Shown: piece after piece, positions 26,607 to 35,372 of the stretch
Layout: each line of letters begins with the position of its first letter
Numbering within the stretch: the first letter of the stretch is position 1
DNA from: a virus
Lineage: Duplodnaviria > Heunggongvirae > Uroviricota > Caudoviricetes
Virus record (IMG/VR): IMGVR_UViG_3300045988_018548
Direction: 5' to 3' (one strand)
DNA: 44,185 nt
Program-made: the position numbers and the translations under genes
The notes under the pieces: model-generated
Database searches by the model: none
What the model was told of the DNA's origin: nothing
What the model saw: only the letters and a program-made list of their open reading frames with translations

Positions 26607-27737
26607 ATGGCCCGGAAGAAAATAACCGACGAACAGTTACAGGAAGAATTGAACGCCGGAACAAAGATTATCGACATATCCCGTAAATACGGCATCTCAG
26701 ACCGAGTTATTCGTATCCGTAAAGCGAAGCTGGCGAAGAAAGGCGTAGGTCACGGTCGTGACGTTAGCCATCTTGTCCCGGACGGCTACAAAATTAAAGG
26801 AACGTCGTCACTGGTGGACGAGTTCGGCAACACTAAGTTGCAATGGGTTAAGACAGACACCGACGCCGAACGTCAGGTCGAGTTAATGAAAGCCGTGATC
26901 GAAGGAATGAAGTCGGAGATTACGCCAGTTGCGCCGGTTAAAGCGACTCGAGCCAAACGCGATGATAAACTACTCAATCTGTACACGGTATCTGATTTCC
27001 ATCTTGGTATGCTGGCCTGGGCTGACGAGAGCGGCGACGACTGGGATATGAAGATTGCGGAAGACCTGTTCTCCCGATGGTTCGATGCGGCGTTTCAGAA
27101 AGCACCAGATGCAGGAACTGGGGTTATTAACCTGCTGGGTGACTTCGCGCACTTCGATAGTCTGGATGCGGTTACGCCAGCGAGTGGTCATGTTCTTGAT
27201 GCGGACACTCGTTATCAGAAACTGGTCCGATACATGATTCGTATGGTACGCCGTGTTGTTGACATGGCGCTGGTTAAGCATAAATCTGTTCGCTTGCTTA
27301 TCGTGCAAGGGAACCACGACGAAAGCGGAATGATTTGGTTAGCTGAGATGTTTAGTACGCTGTACGACAATGAGCCGCGTGTGTTCGTCGATACGTCGCC
27401 GGATGTTTACAAGATGGTCCAACACGGCAAAACTACGCTGTTCTTTCACCACGGGCATAAGGCGCGATTCGACGCTATCGAACCGGTAATGATTGCCAAG
27501 TTCCGTAAAGCGTTCGGCGAGAGTGTTTACAGCTACGCCCACGTAGGCCATCTGCACCACCAGAAGATTGTAGAAAGCCGTAACATGATTGTTGAGCAAC
27601 ACCGCACCTTAGCGGCTAAAGACGCCTACGCCTCGCGCGGCGGATGGATGTCGGGCCGTAGTGCAAATGTAATTACTTATAGCGCCGAATATGGCGAGGT
27701 CGCACGTTTAACTATTTCACCGGAGATGCTGGGATGA
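26607..27737 (+). CDS. HTH domain fused to calcineurin-like metallophosphoesterase
   Basis: 376 aa; N-terminal HTH-like IIDISRKYGISDRVIRIRK; phosphoesterase motifs DFH, GDFAH, GNHDE, HHGH, GHLHH in canonical order. Confidence 0.7.
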   Translation: MARKKITDEQLQEELNAGTKIIDISRKYGISDRVIRIRKAKLAKKGVGHGRDVSHLVPDGYKIKGTSSLVDEFGNTKLQWVKTDTDAERQVELMKAVIEGMKSEITPVAPVKATRAKRDDKLLNLYTVSDFHLGMLAWADESGDDWDMKIAEDLFSRWFDAAFQKAPDAGTGVINLLGDFAHFDSLDAVTPASGHVLDADTRYQKLVRYMIRMVRRVVDMALVKHKSVRLLIVQGNHDESGMIWLAEMFSTLYDNEPRVFVDTSPDVYKMVQHGKTTLFFHHGHKARFDAIEPVMIAKFRKAFGESVYSYAHVGHLHHQKIVESRNMIVEQHRTLAAKDAYASRGGWMSGRSANVITYSAEYGEVARLTISPEMLG

Positions 27738-27934
27738 AAGATATGTATGAATGTACCGATGTGAGTCCGTACGCGGAGAAAAATGGATTCGAAGTAGGTG
27801 CGGTATATGAAGGGGTCACCCTAGAGAACGGCGACGTAAGAATGTATTCGCCTAAATATCGCAGCTTCTTTGAAATAGGCAACATTAACGAGTCAGGCAT
27901 AGCCCGATTTAAGAGAGTTAACAGTGACAAATAA
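27734..27934 (+). CDS. hypothetical protein
   Basis: 66-aa ORF, ATGA overlap with upstream gene. Confidence 0.35.
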   Translation: MKDMYECTDVSPYAEKNGFEVGAVYEGVTLENGDVRMYSPKYRSFFEIGNINESGIARFKRVNSDK

Positions 27935-28154
27935 ATACAACCGCACAATGACAAACATTCACGGCAGCACTATGACGGTTGACGTTTACGACGTGCTACG
28001 CGCCTTCGACATACGGGACCCAGCGTTACAGCACGCATTGAAGAAGCTATTGTGTATGGGCCTTCGCGGACACAAAGACACAGGAACAGACTTAGCGGAA
28101 GCAATTGAAAGCCTGGAGAAGTTACGGGAGTACAGGGGTAACATTGATGAGTAA
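27924..28154 (+). CDS. hypothetical protein
   Basis: 76-aa ORF overlapping upstream gene. Confidence 0.35.
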   Translation: MTNKYNRTMTNIHGSTMTVDVYDVLRAFDIRDPALQHALKKLLCMGLRGHKDTGTDLAEAIESLEKLREYRGNIDE

Positions 28155-28157
28155 GAA

Positions 28158-28177
28158 AAGGCCCCGAAAGGGGTCTT
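28158..28177 (+). terminator. stem-loop aaggcccc-gaaa-ggggtctt
   Basis: GC-rich hairpin after stop at 28154; weak T-tract. Confidence 0.45.
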
Positions 28178-28190
28178 ATCGCAACAGGAG

Positions 28191-28685
28191 ATGATTATGG
28201 ACTGGAATGAATTTTTCATATACGACTTAATTTCAGGAAGGATATTTAACAGAGTAACCCGGTCCGGGAGGGCTAAGGCTGGAGAGGAAGCGGGTACTGT
28301 CCAGCGAGACGGATATAGAAGGATATTTTTCCGAGGTAAATGGCACGCGGCGCACCGTATAGCTTGGGACTTAAACAATCCTAACGATAAGCTAACCTCG
28401 TCAGATCAAATAGGCCATCTAGACCATGACCGAATAAACAATAGACCGCTTAACTTAGCTAAAAAGTCCAATGCGGAAAACCATAAAAATATGTCAAAAC
28501 AGCGTAATAATAAATCAGGAGTAACCGGGGTTTACTGGAACGCGAAAGAAAGGTTGTGGTACGCACAGATATTCAACAATAACGTAAAAACACACATCGG
28601 GTGCTTTAAAACGCTACTAGATGCAGTTGCCGCGAGGAGAGTTGCTGAAAGAGATTTAGGGTTCCACGAGAACCACGGTAAATAG
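28191..28685 (+). CDS. HNH homing-type endonuclease with C-terminal AP2 DNA-binding domain
   Basis: 164 aa; HNH core AHRIAWDL ... IGHLDHDRINNRPLNLA ... AENHKN; AP2-like SGVTGVYWNAKERLWYAQI; likely start at second ATG (28197). Confidence 0.8.
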   Translation: MIMDWNEFFIYDLISGRIFNRVTRSGRAKAGEEAGTVQRDGYRRIFFRGKWHAAHRIAWDLNNPNDKLTSSDQIGHLDHDRINNRPLNLAKKSNAENHKNMSKQRNNKSGVTGVYWNAKERLWYAQIFNNNVKTHIGCFKTLLDAVAARRVAERDLGFHENHGK

Positions 28686-28686
28686 T

Positions 28687-28710
28687 AAGGCCCCTTTCGG
28701 GGCCTTTTCC
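28687..28710. terminator. bidirectional terminator aaggcccc-tttc-ggggcctt + TT
   Basis: Perfect 8-bp GC stem between convergent genes. Confidence 0.65.
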
Positions 28711-29883
28711 TTACGCGTAGCTAATACGCTGTATTACAATAGAAGATTGATATTGATTGCCTGTGGACTGTCCTTCTATGCTTTGCGTAATTGATTCCGG
28801 GCCAGATATTTCTGGCGTAACCGCCGTAAGCTCTGCGCGTTTCAGGCTGAAAGACATAGCCCCGTTTACCCCCGCCAGAATAGAGTTAATCTCTACCTGC
28901 TGTTCGTTGATAAACTTCTGAATCATCGCCATGTCGTACAGCTTACCAGAGATGGAGAATGTGTTAGCTGCGCGGCCACGTTCCACGAACGCAACACTAC
29001 TGTTGCCGAGTTCGAACTGCGCGGAAGCACCGTTGTCGTTGGTGATGGTCAGAGTATCGCAACGCAACGGCGTAGAACCGTCGAACACAGACACATCTAC
29101 GGATGAGAACGGCTCATCGGTAAACGTCACCTGAGAGAAATCAGAACCTGCTGGCAGTGCAGAAAGAATTTCCTGACTCAGACCGATGAACGGGAAGCTG
29201 CCTGTCACCATCGCGTTTACGGCCTGTTCAATGGTGAAACCGGAGATTTCCACGCCTTTGGTCAGCATGTACGCGTCATGGTTCCTGCACTGTCCTTTGA
29301 ACCATGTCAGGATGGAGAACGTCTTACATGCGTTACCGGTTTCCAATTTATCGCCTGTTTTAGCGTCGGTGGTTACAGTCTCTGCTGTCAGCGTGTGCTG
29401 GATACCCGCACCCGTAACTACAAGAGCAGAAACCGCGGTCACGATAAACGGTTTTGCGTTGTCGCCGGTTAAGTCGGTGAATGCAATCAGGTCGCCAACC
29501 TCTACACCGTCAGTAATGAAGCTACCGGCAGCGCGGGTGAATGTTTTACCTGCTGGAGCGACCGTAATTTCAGCACCCGTAATCTCTACCCCGTCCTGCC
29601 ACGTAGAAGTCATAGCACCCGCAAGGAAATCATCCTGGCTACGTGAGCTAAGTTCGATGGCGTACTCCCCGCTAACCTGTTTGTTACCGGTGCGGATGGA
29701 TGTGGTTTCTCTGCTGCCGTCGAGTTCGTTGGAAGTCAGCGCATCGCGGGTTACCGCAGGAACACCGCCAGTGTTACGCAACGGCGACCAGACCGGGTTA
29801 GTCGGTGTTACGCCAGGGGTCACTTCCGCCACATAGAATTGCGCGGTATTCGCGCCCTTAAAAGGAGTTGTAGCCATATTCAC
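28711..29883 (-). CDS. major tail protein (by position and size)
   Basis: 390 aa, last structural gene before the chaperone/tape-measure block. Confidence 0.45.
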   Translation of the reverse strand: MNMATTPFKGANTAQFYVAEVTPGVTPTNPVWSPLRNTGGVPAVTRDALTSNELDGSRETTSIRTGNKQVSGEYAIELSSRSQDDFLAGAMTSTWQDGVEITGAEITVAPAGKTFTRAAGSFITDGVEVGDLIAFTDLTGDNAKPFIVTAVSALVVTGAGIQHTLTAETVTTDAKTGDKLETGNACKTFSILTWFKGQCRNHDAYMLTKGVEISGFTIEQAVNAMVTGSFPFIGLSQEILSALPAGSDFSQVTFTDEPFSSVDVSVFDGSTPLRCDTLTITNDNGASAQFELGNSSVAFVERGRAANTFSISGKLYDMAMIQKFINEQQVEINSILAGVNGAMSFSLKRAELTAVTPEISGPESITQSIEGQSTGNQYQSSIVIQRISYA

Positions 29884-30296
29884 AGCCTCTTGGTGAATGC
29901 AATAAAGTTAATTGACAATGGTCGTTTGGCCCATCCGTTTTCTACAATCAGCGGCCCCAGGCTAACCGATTGAACCTCGGCGCAGATGTCGTTACGCGAA
30001 AATGACTTACCTGCTTTAAACGCCGTGTTAAGTAAGTCTGCCATTTTATTGATTGGCGCGCTACCTTTCACCGATGCGTAGTTAATGTCGACCTGATAAA
30101 CACCTGAGCGTTGTTCTGTGAAGAACAAATCTGCCTGTTCTGTATCCGCAAGTAACATGTAACTCGCCAGATACGGTGTATCGGTTGACGTCGGCGCGTC
30201 GATGTTTTCAAGCGCGACTTTGATGCCGTTGGCGGTTCCGAAGGCTACCAGCGGCACATCAAATGCTTTGGTTAAGTCCTCAAAGTAGCCCATCAT
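29880..30296 (-). CDS. tail completion / neck protein
   Basis: 138-aa ORF in neck-gene position, overlapping neighbours. Confidence 0.4.
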   Translation of the reverse strand: MMGYFEDLTKAFDVPLVAFGTANGIKVALENIDAPTSTDTPYLASYMLLADTEQADLFFTEQRSGVYQVDINYASVKGSAPINKMADLLNTAFKAGKSFSRNDICAEVQSVSLGPLIVENGWAKRPLSINFIAFTKRL

Positions 30297-30688
30297 TTCA
30301 CCTTGTTGGCTTCTTCGTTAATGAGTTGCTGGAAGCGGGACACATTCACCCGGACAAATCCTTGTGGCGCTTGCTGCGACCAGCCATACTCCAGCCGTTG
30401 TGCATACGGCAGATTATTTGTCAGCGTGAACTCGTGCCAGTCTGCGGCTTTCAGTACGAAACTTGTAGCGTTTCCGGTTGCCGTGTTTCCTGATTTATCG
30501 GTGGCGTCCGTAATCCCGGAAGCAGAAGTACCACCAGACGCCATCCAGTTCATACGAAAGCGGCCGGTGTCCACTGGACTAGCCTTTATGATAGCGGAAA
30601 ACAGCTTGATAGACACCTGACGCATCACCTTCTCAGGATTCTTCTTCGCCTTTTCCACGAACTTAGAGACATCAAGCGCGAAACTCAT
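30293..30688 (-). CDS. neck / head-tail joining protein
   Basis: 131-aa ORF, overlapping starts and stops. Confidence 0.4.
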   Translation of the reverse strand: MSFALDVSKFVEKAKKNPEKVMRQVSIKLFSAIIKASPVDTGRFRMNWMASGGTSASGITDATDKSGNTATGNATSFVLKAADWHEFTLTNNLPYAQRLEYGWSQQAPQGFVRVNVSRFQQLINEEANKVK

Positions 30689-31125
30689 TTTCTCACCTGA
30701 ATAAAGTAGGCCACGACATCATTGTTAACCATCTTCTTCTCGATAGCTACGACAGACCATTGCTCGCCGCCGAATTGCACCTTGTCTTCCATTTTCGGGA
30801 CGACACTGCAATCCGCTTTAGCAATCATGTCGCCCGCCTGAATCGTAGTACCGTTCACCAGTCCTGCGTTAACAGGAACCGGAACAGCTTTCAACGGCAG
30901 CACTTCATCCGCGGACCGGACATACTCACCGAGAACTTCATCCCACACTTTCGAGCCAGCGCGAACAAGAGATACCGTGCTACCGAATTTGGTTAGCAGG
31001 CGTGTACCGACGCCTTGCATACGTTTACTGAAAGCGGTGCTCATTTTAGCACCTCTTGCAGCGTCAAAAGAACACCGTAACTGTGCAAGGCTACCGCGGT
31101 AAGAAAACCAAAAACTACACCACAT
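30685..31125 (-). CDS. head-tail connector / head closure protein
   Basis: 146-aa ORF in connector position. Confidence 0.4.
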   Translation of the reverse strand: MWCSFWFSYRGSLAQLRCSFDAARGAKMSTAFSKRMQGVGTRLLTKFGSTVSLVRAGSKVWDEVLGEYVRSADEVLPLKAVPVPVNAGLVNGTTIQAGDMIAKADCSVVPKMEDKVQFGGEQWSVVAIEKKMVNNDVVAYFIQVRK

Positions 31126-31138
31126 GTGAACTTATTCA

Positions 31139-31753
31139 TCAGGCGGCCTCCAGTCTCGAAATAACCAATAGCGCGGACGGCGCTGTACCCCATGCAGTTA
31201 CGGTAGCGGCTTGTGGGTATACGCCGCCGAAGTTACTCCCGGCGCTATCCCGCATAATCTGAACGGCAAACGTCTGGCCTGCGGTCGGGTTAATAGCAAC
31301 ACGAGACTCAATAGGAATTGTAGTATCCGCGCTTACCAGTTTCGTAGCGGCTGGCGAGCCGTATTGTGCGCCATTAACCAGAATGCGCGATAGCAAGATA
31401 GAGGTTCCGCTAGCACCAGTGCGGCCTGCCTGTAACTTGATGCGAACGGCGTAGTTACCCGCGGTGTTGAACGTAACCAGCCCCGCAGCATTAATCATTA
31501 CCGGGTCAGATGCACTACCCTGAGCAGAGCCGAACGATACCTGCAACGCCGTATCTACCGCGGTAGGCGCTTGTGTTACGGTAGACGCGGCGCGGAGAAC
31601 TTCGACCTCTTTAACGCCAGGAGTGGCGTAAATAGGCGAGTCAGCCATCTGCGTCATTACCTCGCGTAGCTTCTCTGGGGTAATAAGTCCGGTGGTGCTA
31701 TCGGGGAGGTTCGCACCGATAAGGGTGAACATCTCTGTTTTAGTCTTCGCCAT
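31139..31753 (-). CDS. virion structural protein
   Basis: 204-aa Ala/Thr/Gly-rich ORF between capsid and tail genes. Confidence 0.4.
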   Translation of the reverse strand: MAKTKTEMFTLIGANLPDSTTGLITPEKLREVMTQMADSPIYATPGVKEVEVLRAASTVTQAPTAVDTALQVSFGSAQGSASDPVMINAAGLVTFNTAGNYAVRIKLQAGRTGASGTSILLSRILVNGAQYGSPAATKLVSADTTIPIESRVAINPTAGQTFAVQIMRDSAGSNFGGVYPQAATVTAWGTAPSALLVISRLEAA

Positions 31754-31755
31754 TT

Positions 31756-32268
31756 TTAACCCCGGTACACGTTAAACGAGAAGCCATTGTTAAGACCACC
31801 ACACAATAACGGGCGTAAGGCGTCGTCCGCAGCTGTAATCGCGGTTGTAGCGCCACTGCTGCCGTTGTTGAAGTAGGTCACGGTCACTGCGCCTTCTACG
31901 CGCTCAGTCTGCACGGAGCGCCCATCAGAGTTAGCCCGCACTTCCGTACCGGCACCATATGTAACAGCGGCGATTACCTGCGCAAGAATTACCTGTTTCG
32001 GAATGACATTGTTCTCGACAGGGAAACCATTCAACGTTACACCAGCGCGAGGGTATGCAAGAGACTGTTCAGCGGATACGCGACGACCACACATCTGCGG
32101 CTCTGCCAGCCCGACATAAGTAGCACCATTGCGCAAGGCCACCTCCGCGGCGGTATCGTCTTCTGGCAGCTCAAGGCCATAATTAGCCGCTAACGCGCGG
32201 GCGTCAGCCAGACTAATGTAACTGTCGGCATTCGGGACGATCACCCCAGTTTCCACGATTAGCGGCAT
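31756..32268 (-). CDS. virion structural protein
   Basis: 170-aa ORF between capsid and tail genes. Confidence 0.4.
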   Translation of the reverse strand: MPLIVETGVIVPNADSYISLADARALAANYGLELPEDDTAAEVALRNGATYVGLAEPQMCGRRVSAEQSLAYPRAGVTLNGFPVENNVIPKQVILAQVIAAVTYGAGTEVRANSDGRSVQTERVEGAVTVTYFNNGSSGATTAITAADDALRPLLCGGLNNGFSFNVYRG

Positions 32269-32271
32269 AAA

Positions 32272-32511
32272 TTATTCCTCTGACTTACGGCGACGACGCT
32301 TAGTACCACCGCCGTTGTTGTGCGCTTCTTCGTTGTCCGGTTGAGTCGCAACCAGTTCATCCGCTTCTACCACACCGCGAACAGGCATCACCTGACCATC
32401 AACACCGCGAACAGGCATCACCTGACCATCAACACCGCGAACAGGCATCACCTGACCATCAACAACGTCAACGTGGGTGTATTTTTCGCGGATTACATAA
32501 TTATCTACCAT
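32272..32511 (-). CDS. small protein with three DGQVMPVRGV repeats
   Basis: 79 aa; contains the perfect 30-bp tandem triplication; basic C-terminus. Confidence 0.4.
   Translation of the reverse strand: MVDNYVIREKYTHVDVVDGQVMPVRGVDGQVMPVRGVDGQVMPVRGVVEADELVATQPDNEEAHNNGGGTKRRRRKSEE
32371..32460. repeat. 30-bp tandem repeat x3 (aacaccgcgaacaggcatcacctgaccatc)
   Basis: Copies 2 and 3 identical, copy 1 differs at one base; in-frame. Confidence 0.9.
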
Positions 32512-32547
32512 GACCTTTCCTTATTACGGCCCCGAAGGGCCGTGGTA

Positions 32548-32895
32548 TTAAGACACAGTTGCTACAGTGCTGCTGGAGATAATATTACCATACACATCGT
32601 GAACAACCACTTTATACGTACCAGAATCTGCGGTAGTAGTGGACGCCTTCACATAGGAAGCAGCGTTTGCCCCGGCGATAGCGTTGTTATCCTTGTACCA
32701 CTGGTAGGTGTACGGAGCCAGACCGCCGGTAACAACTACGGTCAGTGTCATAGTCTGACTGGCTGTAACTGCTGTGGTAGCGTTCAGTGCGGTAGAAAAA
32801 GACGCTGGAGAGATATTTGCCATATCGATTTCAACCTGACCGTCAGAGTCTTGATCAGAAACACCGGTAATACGACGCTTGATTACATCAACCAT
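32548..32895 (-). CDS. Ig-like (Big_2-type) domain protein, probable virion decoration
   Basis: 115 aa; LTVVVTGGLAPYTYQWYKDNNAI ... SGTYKVVVHD matches bacterial Ig-like pattern. Confidence 0.5.
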   Translation of the reverse strand: MVDVIKRRITGVSDQDSDGQVEIDMANISPASFSTALNATTAVTASQTMTLTVVVTGGLAPYTYQWYKDNNAIAGANAASYVKASTTTADSGTYKVVVHDVYGNIISSSTVATVS

Positions 32896-32907
32896 TTTTA
32901 AGCTACT

Positions 32908-33213
32908 TTAGCTTACAGTTCCTGCGTTTTTAAGCGCGGTTAACAGGTTCGCTACGGTAGTGCGCAGCGCGGTAACATCAGTTAGAAGTTTGTTGTATTC
33001 CGCTACAAGCGCATCGAACTCGGCTTTAGTCGGATCCGCAGCGGACTGCGCCCCGGCGGCGGCGGCGGCGGTAATGGCCGCAGGTGCAGTCACAGTAGCT
33101 GACTTTTTAACCCCACCAACTACGCTGGTAGTAGCAGGCGTGACTGGGATATCAAAGTCGCCGAAATCGACATTCTGAAGGCTGCGCGGCAAGCCTTTTC
33201 CGGTCTTGGCCAT
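32908..33213 (-). CDS. hypothetical Ala-rich structural protein
   Basis: 101-aa ORF immediately downstream of major capsid gene. Confidence 0.4.
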   Translation of the reverse strand: MAKTGKGLPRSLQNVDFGDFDIPVTPATTSVVGGVKKSATVTAPAAITAAAAAGAQSAADPTKAEFDALVAEYNKLLTDVTALRTTVANLLTALKNAGTVS

Positions 33214-33272
33214 AATTTACCTCTTAGTAAATGAAAAGAGGGACCGAAGCCCCTCTCTATTATAGCTTAACC

Positions 33273-34322
33273 TTAAGCACCGACACCAGTTACCAGGAAG
33301 GCAATCGGTACGTGCTTACGGTCAACAACACGATTCCAGTTGGAGGCGTTCGCCAGGTCCTGCCATGAAGCAGAGCGCGGGGTAGTCTCAGTACCGTTAC
33401 CGGTGATTACCGCGCTGGTGAAGCTGTAACCAAACGGATGTAGCAACCAGGTCTTGCGGGTCCACAGGGTTTCAACACCACCGCCGTTGCCGCGAGATGC
33501 TTCGCGCTCGTATTCCAGCGGGTTGGACGGAGAACCTTCACCGTAACCGATAGCGCCGTTGCCGAAGATGATGGAGATGAACTTACGGCTGACGCCGGAG
33601 CCAACTACGGTCATGCTGTCGTCAACAATCACGCGATAGCCCTGGTAGGTGGCGAACATGGTGTTATTGTCGGCGTCACGGATGAAGTCGATAAGCTGCT
33701 GCTTACGTGCCTGCGCATAAACGAAGCTGTGCATAGCAATAGCACCCAGCACTTCACCACCGTTGCCCATCAGCGCATCGCCCATAGTCTGGGTAGCGTC
33801 GATAAACGCGCCGGAGTCGAAGCCCAGAGAAGCAGACACGTCTACAACCATGTCATTCTGCTTGTGGTAATCATCGTCAGCGGCTACGTTGTCGTTGTAC
33901 AGGCCGAGCGCGGTAGCAATCAGACGACGTTGTGCCTGGCGCTGCCAGAAGTTATCCAGACGGGACGCTACGGAGCGCAGCGGCTGCTGGCTGGTCAGTT
34001 CAACAGTCAGGTCAGCCTGTCCAAAGCCTTCGTTCAGGTAGGCTACGCGAACGTCCATCTCACCGGTTTGCACGTTACGCGGGGTAGCGACGTCCTGGTA
34101 TACGTCGTTCGAGTAGTTCGGCTCGATAGAGGTATCAATCGCTTTCCAGTACGGCAGAACAGCTTTGTTAGACGGGCCGTTAGCGATAGCAGCGGCATAC
34201 GGAGTCGGGGTAAGGATACCAGACTGGAAGAACGCAGTTTTTTCTACCGGGTCTTCTGTCATGTAAGACAGAATGACCGATTCTTTACCAGTTACGATGT
34301 CGCCGATAGTAGTAATTGCCAT
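33273..34322 (-). CDS. major capsid protein
   Basis: 349 aa, directly after scaffold gene with TAATG-type overlap. Confidence 0.7.
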   Translation of the reverse strand: MAITTIGDIVTGKESVILSYMTEDPVEKTAFFQSGILTPTPYAAAIANGPSNKAVLPYWKAIDTSIEPNYSNDVYQDVATPRNVQTGEMDVRVAYLNEGFGQADLTVELTSQQPLRSVASRLDNFWQRQAQRRLIATALGLYNDNVAADDDYHKQNDMVVDVSASLGFDSGAFIDATQTMGDALMGNGGEVLGAIAMHSFVYAQARKQQLIDFIRDADNNTMFATYQGYRVIVDDSMTVVGSGVSRKFISIIFGNGAIGYGEGSPSNPLEYEREASRGNGGGVETLWTRKTWLLHPFGYSFTSAVITGNGTETTPRSASWQDLANASNWNRVVDRKHVPIAFLVTGVGA

Positions 34323-35026
34323 TATTTTTTCCTCAGGGCTTTAAGTTGCCGTTCAAATTCGGCAGGGTTCGATTCGTACAGAGCGATACGCTCCGCTTCA
34401 CTCATGTCTTTAAACGCTGGTGCGGCCCCGCCGCCTTTGCTACCGGAAGCCCCGCCGCCGGAAGCTGCATTTGCTTTAATCAAATGCGAAAACGCTTTGT
34501 GTTCGCGCAGGTATTTGCGGAACTGTTCCGGGTCAGTCGTGATTACGTTGCCATCTGCGCCAACAAACTTAGTAACCACATCATCGCCTTCAAACTCAGT
34601 CTTGACGAACGGCGCAAGAATGTCTACTGCTTCCGGGGTGATAAAGTCGCCCGCGAAAGAGCCTAACACCGCTTTACGTTCGCTGCCGAGGATGCGCTCT
34701 GCCATTCTGGAGATGCGACCATCTTTCTCGGCTAACACCGGGTCATACTGGCTACGAATCGTCTTTTCAAACTCGTCCATCTTACCAGCGGCTTTTAACG
34801 CCTCCTGGTGGGCACGCTGCCGTTCTTCTTCGGCCTCTTTTGCTTTACGAGCGGCTTCTTTCTTCTCCGCCAGCAATGCTTCCTGATTGGCCTTAAGCCC
34901 GGCGACTTCTTTCTCAATCAGCGCCTGAACTTCTTCGGCTGTGAACATTTTCGGCGCGTCACCGCCACCAGATTTATCTTCTACCCCAGCTTCTTCCTGG
35001 AACGGATAACGTAAAAAACGATTCAT
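34322..35026 (-). CDS. scaffolding protein
   Basis: Track ORF 34322..35080; start ATG 35026 (MNRFLRYPF); Lys/Glu/Ala-rich coiled-coil composition. Confidence 0.6.
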   Translation of the reverse strand: MNRFLRYPFQEEAGVEDKSGGGDAPKMFTAEEVQALIEKEVAGLKANQEALLAEKKEAARKAKEAEEERQRAHQEALKAAGKMDEFEKTIRSQYDPVLAEKDGRISRMAERILGSERKAVLGSFAGDFITPEAVDILAPFVKTEFEGDDVVTKFVGADGNVITTDPEQFRKYLREHKAFSHLIKANAASGGGASGSKGGGAAPAFKDMSEAERIALYESNPAEFERQLKALRKK

Positions 35027-35108
35027 AGTCAGTATGTCCCCTGGACGTTGGAATCCGGGCCACCCGGATTTACATGTCAAGAATAAATTATTCCACTTAC
35101 TAAGGCAA

Positions 35109-35372
35109 CTATTCCAGAATATTCCTCACGTAATCCTGCAACATGAACACTTTCAGTCGCAGTTGCCGTGCGCATTCGGCGTTCTGAACGTCAATAGCCA
35201 AATCCTCGTCTGCGTCGCTACTTGGCGGGGCCAGTTTGCACGGCGGCTGCATCATCGTCGTATCCGGGTATGGAATTGGCGTTTGCGACGGCGCGGGACT
35301 TGAGCTGCACGCGCTCATGGTCAAAAGTGCACACGCTGCGGCCAGGCGTTTTAATGTACTTAACGACTTCAC
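35109..35372 (-). CDS. o-spanin (Rz1-like outer-membrane lipoprotein)
   Basis: 87 aa; signal peptide with lipobox-like LLTMSAC, proline-rich mature region; overlaps 3' end of i-spanin in another frame. Confidence 0.6.
   Translation of the reverse strand: MKSLSTLKRLAAACALLTMSACSSSPAPSQTPIPYPDTTMMQPPCKLAPPSSDADEDLAIDVQNAECARQLRLKVFMLQDYVRNILE

Noticed and set aside
29186-29836. 216-aa plus-strand ORF antisense to the major tail protein gene
   Set aside because: Shadow ORF with Ser/Val/Pro-rich composition and no translation signals
32371-32460. Possible CRISPR array
   Set aside because: Repeats are contiguous with no spacers, only three copies, and lie in frame within a protein-coding ORF
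33729-34886. 385-aa plus-strand ORF antisense to the major capsid and scaffold genes
   Set aside because: Same-register antisense shadow of well-supported genes; Ser/Arg/Ala/Val-rich composition, no RBS or promoter
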